NCBI GenBank assembly: GCA_002633005.1
Contig: NMRA01000904.1
Location: 23,413 to 87,412 of the forward strand
Reading direction: 5' to 3'
Length of the DNA: 64,000 bases
DNA from: Phoronis australis
Lineage: Eukaryota; Animalia; Phoronida
In this document: piece after piece, positions 1 through 11,400 of the stretch
Position numbering within the stretch: position 1 is the stretch's first letter
Layout of the letters: each line of letters opens with the position of its first letter
The notes under the pieces: generated by a model
Database searches by the model: none
What the model saw: the letters and a program-made list of their open reading frames with translations, nothing else
What the model was told of the DNA's origin: nothing
Made by a program: the position numbers and the translations under genes

Positions 1-194
1 AATATTTCACTATCAAATAACAACTGCATTATATTTGAAATTATTGGGGTTTTTGTATGTTTACATTTGTTTTTAAGCTTTCAGTTGCAGTGTTTTCTTT
101 AAAACAGCAAATTGTCTATTGTATGTCGCTATGTGGTCTCCTGTGCCATTTTATTTTAAATACATCTACATGTACTCAGCAGTCTGTAGCACAC

Positions 195-227
195 CCTTGA
201 CAAAGAGCGCATTGCTCGAAATATAGG
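195..227 (+). other. Hammerhead-ribozyme-like motif of the kind found at Penelope-like element ends
   Basis: CC-TTGACAAA-GAGC-gcatt-GCTC-GAAA-TATA-GG: a variant core (CUUGACAAA instead of CUGANGA), a 4-bp stem II, GAAA and a short closing stem, in AT-rich UTR-like sequence. Confidence 0.3.
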
Positions 228-1727
228 ATATTCAGATACATTTTAGTACTGACACTTGTCGTTTTAGTTTTACTATTTTAAATTATTTAACAATTGTTTC
301 TTTTTCTGTGCACACATTTCTCCATGAAGTCATTAGGTGGCTGTTGCTAAAATTGAAATCTTCATGGTTTTAATGAGACGTGGCATCTTCAAAATAGTCT
401 ATGTTCAGTTAGTCCTGAAATCAAAAGAAACCTGTGATTCGCATACTGTTTTATTGGAAACTAATCATGGACATTGTTTTGCTTTCAATCAGTGAGAAAG
501 TCACCTGCTTTGCAATGAGGGTCATTAGAGTGAACTGAGCAAAGTTTGCAACAATTCAGTCTTGACAATAACATGAATTGATGAGAATTAGACGCAGTCA
601 TGTGACCATTGATACAAAACAAAGGACATGAATACTTTTATAACTCCCAATCTCATCACTTTATTCCCAGGAAATCAAAATAAATCTTACTTCTTTTTGA
701 CATCTGCAGAAATGGTCACAGCAGCCAGAATTTTTCTTCTCTGATTGTATGATGCATCATCCCTGTTCTTCTTGTATGTACGGAACATCTCTCTAATACA
801 ACCACCAGCTGCCAGTACATGTAAACCCCAATCAGGTGAGCCTGGGGTGGGAGTCCAGAGGTACGACTTATTAAACTGGGGCCGGGAAAAAGATTCCGTC
901 TACTTGCGACACTGGTGCTTTCAGTACTGGTAGAGGCTGCTGTACTAGCAGAGGACACGGTGGCGAATCCAGAGGACTCGCGGTGCATATAGAAAAAGTA
1001 GCATTGCACACTGCACTGCGTTGCAAGTCAGTGTCATGTTTAGTCCTCAAGTCCAATTGTGGTAGCACCATATGATATGGCCGAATAAATTTTCTGTGAA
1101 CTTTCACGTAGAGCATGACCGCACTTAGTGCGCGAAACACTACGTCGGCCTCGCTCTTCGCCAGCCGTTTCCTGGCGATTCGATCCGCAATATTCCGATT
1201 TAGTTCATGGAAGAAGCCGGAAAACTCGTCAAATATTACTTCACTAAACGGAGCCGAGACAAACGTGTCCCACAGAAGTTTATTTGCTGGATAAAATCCG
1301 TCACAATGAAACTCTTTTGTCAAAAACTCACGGAAGTACGCTCATTTCGATGTAACAACTGACGAGAATCTCGGAAACTCTCATTTACAGTATGCAAATT
1401 TGATATGCTAATGAGGGAGTACTTGACTACTGCGCCATCTATACATCGACGGAAAAGCTTAAAGGCGAAGGCAACCTTTTTCCATGTCATTTTGAGCTAA
1501 AATAAGGTTGATTGATTATCCTAGACATATTTTCCACTTAATTACAGCTTTTCGTAATTTTATTAATTACCCGCCCGCTACTCCGGAAGTGACGTTTTAG
1601 GAGGCAAGCATTTCCCGCTTATTGGGTTTCATATAGTCTGACTGTGAGAGCTGCCGAGTCAGTCATTGTTCTACCTCGGTTGTGTTAAGTTCCGTCGTCG
1701 TTTGCTTTCATTTACTAGTCAGTCAAC

Positions 1728-2514
1728 ATGCCACACTGTTGCTGCGTACCAGGATGTACTAATTATCGGCTCACGCACGCTTTCGGAGTACCTTTGCATC
1801 GCTTTCCGATGGATGACACACTTCGCCGTACTTGGCTCGTTCGTGTGAAGAACGCAGCGTTACCCGTCCACGCAACGTACAAAGCAGTGGAGAATTAACC
1901 GTGTGTGTGGCAAGCACTTTCTGCCGTCCGATTACGAAAGGTATTTGCACGTTGAACTGGTGAAGGTCCCTGCGAAACAACGTCTGAATAAGGATGCCAT
2001 TCCTTCTGTGTTGATTCCCGGCAGTGCCCCGTCGCCACCCCCGAGAAGTGCGTTTTTGAAGCGAGAAGCCTCGCGAGCTGTGGCCAGTACAGTGACTGGA
2101 GCCAGTGGAGGCACTTCCTCTACTGTCACCCGTGCCTCCGAACGTACCCCAGAGCGTGCAATTCCTGGAACCAGTAGTGATTCGCCCTGTGCTGTTTTCT
2201 CCAGCCCAGAGCCTCTGAGCAGCCCTGCAGCGATATTGAGTAGTGTTAGTGATTACAGGCTCAGTTCGACACCCAGTGAAGAGGACAGTTCTTCGTCCAG
2301 TGAACAGATCGGTGAGCCAAACTTTGATAAGTTTATTGTGGACTTGTCTAAAGTGTTGGAGCTATTTAGAAGGTGCCAGGTGTGTTGCGAGGGAGTCACA
2401 CGACACGATTTAAGCAGTTTGGGTGCTCAGGTTACCATCCAGTGGGAGTGTGTCGCGAGACACTCTGGAAAGTGGGACAGTTGTTCCTCTGTCCGTGGTA
2501 TGCCGGAGGTCCAC
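1728..2514 (+). pseudogene. N-terminal part of Kolobok transposase (THAP C2CH zinc finger plus second Cys cluster), frameshifted and truncated before the DDE core
   Basis: ATG 1728: MPHCCCVPGCTN...LHRFPMDDTLRRTWL. A frameshift near 1896-1900 is followed by RVCGKHF...LNKDAIPSV, an S-rich linker, and KFIVDLSKVLELFRRCQVC...WECVARH. Confidence 0.85.
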
Positions 2515-2822
2515 TTAACCATGTCCTGTAGTGGCTTGGCCTCGTCAAACTCTGAACAGCACAAGCATTCCATTGAGGTAGGCATAACAATGCACACAGT
2601 GCATTTGCACCAAGATGTGTCACCACGTCTATCCTCAGTAGCCACCTCGTTTCTCTCAACAGTTGTCTGTGCCTGTGCGTACTCTGCCTCGTTATACTCG
2701 GGCTCAAACATGTACCCACCCACTGAATGTCCGTGAAAAAATTCCTCGTCACCACTGCTGTGAACAAGGTCTCCGTTACTCACACTACTGTCACTGTGGT
2801 ACGGGTCACCGACTCCAGCCAT
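2515..2822 (-). pseudogene. KolX accessory gene fragment (P2X7 cytoplasmic-ballast/nanor-like Cys-rich domain)
   Basis: Acidic N-terminus, YMFEPE motif, then RRGDTSWCKCTVCIVMPTSMECLCCSE. Convergent with the THAP gene and truncated at the internal deletion. Confidence 0.85.
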
Positions 2823-3629
2823 TTTCAGCTTACAACACAATAAACAATCCCTAAATCCAACGTAGTTGAGTTCTCTACTAACCTATCTTGCCGCAGAATA
2901 CTCGCCGATGGAAAGTAGTGGCCACAATTGTTGAAAAGCTGCACAAAACAAAAGTAGAATAGAACAGATTCGCACGGTAAAGTCAACGCAAAACCAAGTT
3001 GCGGGAAACGCTTGCCTCCTAAAACGTCACTTCCGGAGTAGCGGACGAGTAATTTATAAAATTACGAAAAGCTGAATTAAGTGGAAAATATGTCTAGGAT
3101 AACCAACCAACCTTATTTTAGCTCAAAATGACATGGAAAAAGGTTGCCTTCGCCTTTAAATACCCGTGAATGCGTGTGGGAAATTGCGATTTCGTGCGCT
3201 GAAGTCGATATTTTCAAAGTACAATTACATCACTTTTTAAGGTTGCAAAGTGAGTTTTTCGATATCTTTCTATAGAAAAAGTTTAACTCTCTCTGATTAA
3301 ATCATCTGTTTTCGTTTAAATGAAACTTAACTCCTTAAATTAGTCTGGGGAAGGAGACCAAAAACGGCGGTTTAGCTAGTTGTCCCTTCCTGGTTATCTC
3401 TTCCTGGTTTTACCCAGGTACCCATTCTTCCCATGCTGACTCATGGGCATATGCAGACAGACGCTAGAATAAGAACATGGGTGTTACTTAGTGCAATACA
3501 CTGATTGCACGACTGTGCGAAGCGCGTGGGCCAAGTAGTGCGTGCCCACCAATAACGTGAAGTGCCGGGGGCGGATTGTGGTGTCAACGGCAGGGACGGG
3601 TAACGGGCTGTTTCCAAAAGAACTTATCT

Positions 3630-3884
3630 ATGCGCGCACCCAGCTTAAAAAATGGGGGGCTCGAATTTTTGAGAATGTGGGTATTTTAATAAGATTCACA
3701 GGGTACGCTCAGGTCTTTGAATTGTGCATTCGCCGAAGTTTGGTAGTTCCTGCCTTATCAGTGGACTTTCATCTCGTTTACTACATTTTTCGAAGTTTTT
3801 GTTTTTCAGAGGCGGACCTCTTTGCCCACTTCGCCAAATGATGGGGCTCGATCGAGCCCCCGGGTCTTCCCTGGGTGCACGCAT
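3630..3884. mobile_element. Short MITE-like repeat (copy 1)
   Basis: Terminal inverted ATGCGCGCACCCAG...CTGGGTGCACGCAT. A related copy lies at 25926-26170. Confidence 0.55.
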
Positions 3885-3931
3885 TTACATTGTAGTTTCT
3901 TCCACAGACCAGCAAAAGTGTGCTACATCTG

Positions 3932-4369
3932 TGTGACATCTGTCCAACCAATCAATACATCAGGGAGTAGACATTTATGATCGACATATGTCCAGAGGTT
4001 ACAATAACAAAGAAATTCGCATAAGAACACGTGACAATCATTAGCCGATGAGAGCCAAGAGCTGACCAAACTCGAGGCACATGATAAAAACAGACCAATA
4101 AGAAGGCTGGGTAAACGACGTGTAGTCCTACACAAAGGAAAAATGGAATAGACCGAAATGAGGAGGAAAGAAGTAAGACGGGTCGGCATCTATTGTAAAA
4201 CGTGGATTAGACCAAAGAAATTCAACCCCATTTCGAAGATAATATGTCTGTTGTCGGCGAGAGGTTGAACATATAGCCCTTGTTTATACGTATAGTACGG
4301 ACATTATCACTTTGAAAGATCAATGCTTGGGGATGGTGACGGGGTGCTGTGGCGTGAAAGTTACTGACA
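3932..4369 (+). repeat. LTR-like repeat fragment
   Basis: TGTGAC...CTGACA followed by TGGT. Segment 4031-4110 is similar to 58111-58190. Confidence 0.3.
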
Positions 4370-4904
4370 TGGTAAGTTTTTGAACCTGACTTATTAAATT
4401 TTCAGTTCGGTCGTATTTTATTTTGATCCTGAAGTGAAGAATTTTTGGTCCTCACTTGATAAATTATAGGTGCTGATGTGATAAATTTTCAGTCTTGACG
4501 TGGTGAATTTGGTCTTTATTTGCTCTTTGGTCTTCTGTGTGAATCTCAATTTATTGGATTTTTTTATTTCCTGCTTAAGTAAAATGTCTGGTTTTGAGAT
4601 ATTTATTTTTGGTCCTGGAGAGTTTGCATGTTTTGCTTGGTTTTAATCTTGCATAGAAAAGATATGTCGTTAAATGTTTCAAATTAGGCCTCCCATAAAT
4701 GGGGGGAGAGCAGGTTGTGTAGCATCGTACTATGTAACTTCTAATATAAATCTAGGTGTTCGTGATTTAGTAATACTATGAAAAATGAGTAGTTATGACT
4801 ATGAAAAATGANNNNNNNNNNNNNNNNNNNNNNNNNNNNNNNNNNNNNNNNNNNNNNNNNNNNNNNNNNNNNNNNNNNNNNNNNNNNNNNNNNNNNNNNN
4901 NNNN

Positions 4905-6532
4905 TGTTTACTAAATTAAATATACAAATTTGCGCCATTGTGGGTAAAAACGTAAAAACTGACCGAATAAAATCTTCCTAGAGTAATTTAAATTATTTAC
5001 CAGCTTTGCAAAAAATGGTTTTCTACAATTATTCTGCTGCTAAAGTTATGGTGTGATCTTATGCGTCGACTTTCGACCCAATGAAATATTGCGTCACCTT
5101 TTAGCCAGTTTCTTTTTCCCAGATTCTTCAATCAAACGTTCTCCCTCGAGGTTGCGTAAACGTCTCAACAAATGATCTGAATTGGTTTCACTTCATTATA
5201 TGTTTTTGGAATTTTGATATCAGTGAACCGAATTTTAGAACAAATTTTGCTGAGATGTTGTCATCATCTAATGGGAGATGTTGAAAACATTTTGGAAGTG
5301 GTGCGTGTCACAATGAACTTTCTTCAAAACGACGATATACGTTTTTTCGTTAAAAAAGGCATAGAATTACGCAAGAAGATGACGTAGGATGTTTCTCACT
5401 TAAGCGGCCGTAACGGGCAACTTGAATGCCGATAGACTTCCAGATTTTGCATGCACACCCGCCGGTCTTGAGCTCATGTTGATACAAGCTTTTCGACGAG
5501 GTGACAAGCGTAACTATCCGGGCTGTGTGAAGTATCGAGGTCTGTTTGGTCTCAATAAGCAGTGGCACCTTGCTGTATTTTGAAAATAGTCTTCATGCAA
5601 CTAGCTGGCTAGATAGGAAGGCTCTAGTTTCGAAAAGATTTTTTACTGCAAAAGTGACAATTTCTGAATGATGATGGATGATGGATGACACTATAAACCG
5701 ATCAGTCTCCCGTTTTCATGCGCCCATGATTTAATATCGGCGCTATCATGTTCAAACCATTGTTTATGTTGTTCCTAAAATAAAGTTGGGTTCTATTGCT
5801 GTACCAACATATTAAGAAATTATACAGAAATAAGCAACAATTATCTGTGGTAAATCGCAATATACAGCGTGATGAAGTGATCATCAAGAGCAATACGGAT
5901 GAGCGCAAATGCGTGATGCTTCTTGAGCATTCCGCTGCATGAAAACACTTGAGGTCGTGTATTGAGTGTTGTTTTCTGATTGTTATGCAATTTTACTGTA
6001 AATTTCAAATTTTGTGCTTGTTTTTGTGCAAAATGTACTGTATAAAAAGTCTCATATTTAAATTTAGAAATTATGCTTCCGCGATATCACTTAACCTTTG
6101 ATTTTACCATGCCGTCATTAATTCAACATAAAGTTTTAGGCTGGTGTCTGGTGTAATGTCACGCACTTCGTATTTGTTGGTTGATTCGATTATATTTCCT
6201 TTCAATAGTTGAACAAAAGTTGATAAACCGATGTCAAAGACCTGAGTTGCCAGTGGTGAACGAACAGCGAACAGTTAAATGTTTGTTTGGCCAAAGTTCA
6301 CCCGCTAAGTCATAAAATGGTAATTGCCGACCAAGGACACGCTTAATCCGAATTGGTCGTCTACGCTAGGCGACCACTTAGCCGACCCAAGTGCCGACCA
6401 CAGAGGCGACTCAGTAGACGGCTCCTAGCCGACCGTTGTTGGTCGGCTGCTGGTCGGCTAGACGACCGGTCGACGGCCGGTCGTCGACCAATTTCCGACC
6501 GGTCGGCCAAAAATTCGTGATGTGTGCTGTAC
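4905..6532. repeat. ~1.6-kb non-coding repeat, copy 1 (probable non-autonomous DNA transposon end; left end lies in a gap)
   Basis: Colinear with 7946-9414. Both end in AAATTCGTGATGTGTGCTGTAC after a GC-rich array of CCGACC motifs. Confidence 0.75.
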
Positions 6533-7200
6533 GCTGGGTCAGGGCCCATGTGGGAATCGATGGCAATGAGAATGCAGACAGACTCGCAAAGATAGGAGCA
6601 AGCATTCTGCATTTTGTGCCTGAACCTGCTATCGCGGTATCTTACGGATGTTGCAGGATGAGTATACGCAACTGGGCACATACCCAGTCAGCAGCCCAGT
6701 GGGCATCACTGACTTAACTCCTGCAGAGAGACCAAGGAGAATTTTCCCAACGTGATCGAACCAAAAGGTTCAAAAAGCCTGCTGAGTCTAGATAGATTGG
6801 GTATAAGACACGTCATTCAAATTTTAACGGGCCACTGCAACCTAGCCCGACACAGACACATTACTGGGCATATGGGGAGCTCTGTGTGTCCTGAGTGTGG
6901 CACTGACGTAGAATCGCCTAAACACCTGGTAGAGTCTTGCCCAGCTTTTTATAGGCTAAGGAGCAACCTACTGGATGGCACTGTTACATGCCTACAACAT
7001 ATAGTGCATGGCAACAAATGGAAACGTCTGTCCGTTTTCCTAAAGGAGACTGGCAGACTTGAAAACTTTCTTCGCGAGGAGCCATAATTGGGGTCTCGTG
7101 CCATTGCTCAGGTGTTTTGTGCAATGGGTCCAACCAAGAGGCCTGCGCACGTCTGATGCACCGCAAATGACATCAGACCACCTGCACTGTTTTTTTTTTA
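6533..7200 (+). pseudogene. 3' fragment of an RNase H-containing non-LTR retrotransposon (I-group/LOA-like)
   Basis: WVRAHVGIDGNENADRLAK (RNase H C-terminus), then after a stop/frameshift ILTGHCNLARH...CPECGTDVESPKHLVESCPA (CCHC finger). Confidence 0.85.
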
Positions 7201-7945
7201 TATGCCTGGTGAAGATGTAACCCTTATTATCCTCTATGGCTTAACAACTATTATCTTCATTCATGCCTGTAATAGAGGTACTCCCATGATCATCAAGCAT
7301 TTGTATTTTTTATTCTAATCAGGTGTGCTTCGAATTTACAGTTAGTAATCATACTTTTGCAGTGGTTCATAACAAACGGATTCATTAAACCCAGTAAATA
7401 TTTTTTGCAACTGCCGATCTGCCTATTAGGCATGCATATTGCATCCATCATACCTCATCACAGTAAAACTTGTTATCACTCATAGTAGAAACTATTACTT
7501 TTATCATTGGCACAAGGGGTTAACAAAATCAGTCAGTGTTTGTAACTGTTGTGTCTACATTGCTGATGAATTAAAGTCCTTCAAAATCAATTTTTATAAC
7601 ACTGATTCATGCCAAGGGTTTGAAATTGCGCCCCCTTAAGAGTTTTGACTTGCTCTGGTGATCAGTAAAACAGATGCCATAAACTTATACACGTTGTTTT
7701 TTTAACCTGCGTCATAGAGCTGAAAAGTGTGTGCGTTTTCGTTTGCGAGAGTTTTTTCTTGAATCACTGGATTAATCATTTTTACACTCTACATGAAAAC
7801 ACAAACTACCTTCATTAGGATTACATGTACTGAGTTACCCCGAAAATATTATTTTCAAACTTTTACCTTTTGGAGTAGACGTGGAACGCCAAGTATTGTG
7901 TTCTTACTCCAAAGGGAGCGGAAGGCTCTAGCCTTGGTGCGAAGC

Positions 7946-9414
7946 TGTTTACTAAATTAAATATACAACTTTGTGGGTAAAAGCTGACCAAATAAAATCT
8001 TCCTTGAGTAATCTAAGTTATTTACTGGCATTGCAAAAATTGGTTTTCTACAGTTATTCTGCTGCTAAAATTGTGGAGTGATCGTTTGCGACGACTTTCG
8101 GTGCAATGAAATATTGCGTCAGCTATTAGCCAGTTTCTTTTTCCTAGATCAAACGGTCTCCCTCGAGGTCGTAAACGTCACAACAAATGATCAGAATTGT
8201 TCACGCTTCATTATATGTTTTTGGAATTTTGATATCACTAATTTTGCTACGATGTTGTCATCATCTAATGGAAGATGTCGAAAAAATTTTGGAAGAGACG
8301 CGTGTCACGAATGTACACATTTCTTTGTTACAAAAGGCAGAGAATTACGCAAGAAAATGACGTTGGATGTTTTTCGTTTAAACGGCCGTAACGGGCAAGG
8401 TGAATGTCAATTGACTTCCAGATTTTGCATGCACACCCGCCGGTCTTTAGCTTATGTTGATACATTAAAGCTTCACGACGAGGTGACAACGTAACTATCC
8501 GGGCTGTGTGCAATTTCGAGGAGTGTCGGAGGTCAATACACAGTGGCACGTTGCTGTACTTTGACGATAGTCTTCATACAGTTAGATGGCTAGATAGGAA
8601 GGCTCTAGCTTCGAAACAATTTTTTACTGCGAAAGTGACAACAAATTCAGAATGATGATGGATCATTGATGACACTATAACCGATCACATTCTTCCGTTT
8701 TCATGCGCCCTGCATGATCTCAATATCGGCGCTATGTTCAAACCATTGTTTATGTTGTTCCTATAACAAACTTCTATTCTATTGCTGTACCAACACATTA
8801 AGAAATTATACAAAAATAAACAATAGTTATCTGTGGTAAAGCGCAATATACAACGTGATGAAGTGCCTGAGCAATAACGATGAGCACAAATGCGTGCTGC
8901 TTGTTGAGCATTCCGCGGCACGAAAACACTTGAGGTCGTAAAACATCCGGTGTTGTTTTCTGATTTCTATGCAATTTTACTGTAAAATATCAAATTTCCT
9001 GCTCGATTTTATGCATAATGTACTGTATTAAAAAGTCTCATATCTAGAGATAGAAATTATGGTTCCGCGATATCACTAACGTTTGATTTTACCACGCCGT
9101 CGGTAATTCAACATAAAGTTTACGTTGCTGTATTGTCAGGCACTTCGTTTTTGTAGGTTTATTCGATTTTACCACCTCTCAATAGTTGAATAAAAGTTGA
9201 TAAACCGCCACTGGTGAGAGAACAGCGAACAGTTAAATGTTTGTTTGGCCAAAGTTCACCCGCTAAGTCATAAAATGGTAATTGCCGACCAAGGACACGT
9301 TTAGTCCGAATTGGTCGTCTGTGCTAGGCGACCACTTTGCCGACCGCAGAGGCGACTCAGCAGACAGCTCGACTAAATTCCGACCAACAAAAATTCGTGA
9401 TGTGTGCTGTACTA
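7946..9414. repeat. ~1.5-kb non-coding repeat, copy 2
   Basis: Diverged direct copy of 4905-6532, ending ...GTGCTGTACTA. The ACTA end resembles Academ termini. Confidence 0.75.
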
Positions 9415-10779
9415 TTATCTTTCAACATTGACGTCAATTTTGCATTAGCAGATAACAGAATGAGGATTGGTTGCAATCATAAATCAGGGTTTAGTAAGCT
9501 TTAAAGGTATTAGAAAAGTCGGCGAAAAAAATAATTAACGAACACAATGAAATTCTTAAATATTTATTGTTTTTACAATCATAATCCTAACACGCTTGCT
9601 TTTATAGTCACATGTCAACACAAGTAAATAAATATGCTTTTAAAAAACACATTCCAAAAGGTGAAGGCAGGCCAGCCTCACTCGAAACATCGCAAATATG
9701 CCCAACTGGTCGTAAAAGAACGCCGTCGGCATTATCTCTATTGATACAATTTATGGAAATTGCCTGGGTAACAAATCCTGTTCTCAAATTGGTTCCCAAG
9801 TCAGCCTTCACTTGTGATTGCACTTGTGTTGAGAAGTTGACTTGCCTAAAATATATAAATACTCTTAATTAACTTCCTGCAAGCAATGTTGAAATAATAT
9901 AATAGACATCAAGCCAGTCAAGGTAGGTAGGTGGCGCCAAGTTTTTTGACTATATCACGGAACGGTTCGCACAAATCATGGGCGGCACACCATATGGGGA
10001 TGGGGGGGGGGGGGGCGTTNCTATAGCCCTCCTTTTTTCGTGCTGCGCCACCCATGTAGGCATATTTCGTGGAAAGTGACTTAAGTTTTAAGCATGGCCG
10101 TTTGATTTACTCACCCAAAGTTACTGAATAAAATTGGTTGCCGTTTGGAAATAAATTGTGCAAATCATCCGAGAAGCTAGCAGTTATGGGTCTATTTTCA
10201 GACCCTTAATTGTCCTTAAGCTGCGGTGAGCTAAAATTATTTTCAGAAATAATTGTGTGGTACATGTATGTCAGATGATAATTTTGACAAAAGCCTAAAC
10301 ATATGTACCAAATGATTTTTTAAGACTGTTCCCGGGATCGTCTTGCACCCGTATTCTGGCAAATCGCGCACTAATTCTTGAGAGACTATTTGGACTTATT
10401 ACCCTAACGTGGTACCGTACAAAGGTCCAACAACTTAACATTATATTCGAAATGACAGCTGTACGCTTCTTCAAAGTTCATCTTTGTCAAATCTCAACGC
10501 ACACACCAACATAACTGCATACCATCAGCCAGCAACTTTACGTACATGACAGACTCGGTGTTAGCTTGAACTCCGGCATATACGTACAATGAAGGACAGC
10601 AGAACTCAAAATTAACACGCAATTTACGTGGTCGAGATCGAGACACGCTATCTGGACTTCGATCTCTTAACAATCTTCGCGGAATCTTCCTTTCCTGAAT
10701 TTGAGTGCCTACATATGTCAAACAGGCAAATGGTCTTTTAGCGTATTAGTCTCTTTTCTCTTTTTGGTTTATTAATGAC

Positions 10780-11400
10780 CTTTCTGATAACGTGTCATGT
10801 AGCACGTGACTTTATGCAGATGACTCGACACTTGTTTATCCTTCTTCAAGAGGCAGCCCAGAGAGTTTTTTGCATCTACACCAACGACTTCATAATTCTC
10901 TCTTTTATACAGACCCATCCTACGTCCTCATTTGAATCTAATGATGAAATAATTCCTAGAAAACAGTCGCACAGACATTTTGGTATAGTGTTAGACGAAA
11001 AACGTTCCTTCACACCTCACGGTTGGGACCTCATACAAAAATCATAAACTTTTTAATAAGTAAGTAATCCTCTAAAGCTTGTCTATCACCATCTTAATTC
11101 TAAACATTTAGTAGTCCTGTTCAAATCCTTTATACTTCCACATATCGATTATTCTGATTTTATATACCAGTCTGCCAACACTGGTGTGCACCAGCAATTA
11201 GAGAAATTACATTATCAAGCTGCTTTACACAAAACTGAGCATTACAGGGTATTCCATAGTGTCAAGGTGTTGAAGAGTATCAAGTGGCCCAAACTGTCTG
11301 ATCGACGCAATGTTCACATGACCACTTGTACTTTCAAAGCACTAAACAATGTAGACATTGCTTCTGTTAATCAATATACTAGACAAGGCAATGGTACCCG
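10780..11400 (+). pseudogene. Degenerate CR1/L2-group LINE ORF2 C-terminal fragment
   Basis: HFGIVLDEKRSFTPH, LFKSFILPHIDYSDFIY, QLEKLHYQAA, WPKLSDRR...TFKALNN, interrupted by stops and frameshifts. Confidence 0.75.

Larger units (their letters stand above)
1463..3155 (+). mobile_element. Kolobok DNA transposon, internally deleted (1693 bp)
   Basis: TTAA TSD at 1459-1462 and 3156-3159. Near-perfect ~155-bp TIRs (AGGCGAAGGCAACC... 1463-1618 / 3001-3155). THAP ORF on + and convergent KolX ORF on -. Confidence 0.9.

Noticed and set aside
871-1323. 150-aa minus-strand ORF
   Set aside because: Non-ATG start, no recognisable motif, and it lies in a promoter-like TE region.
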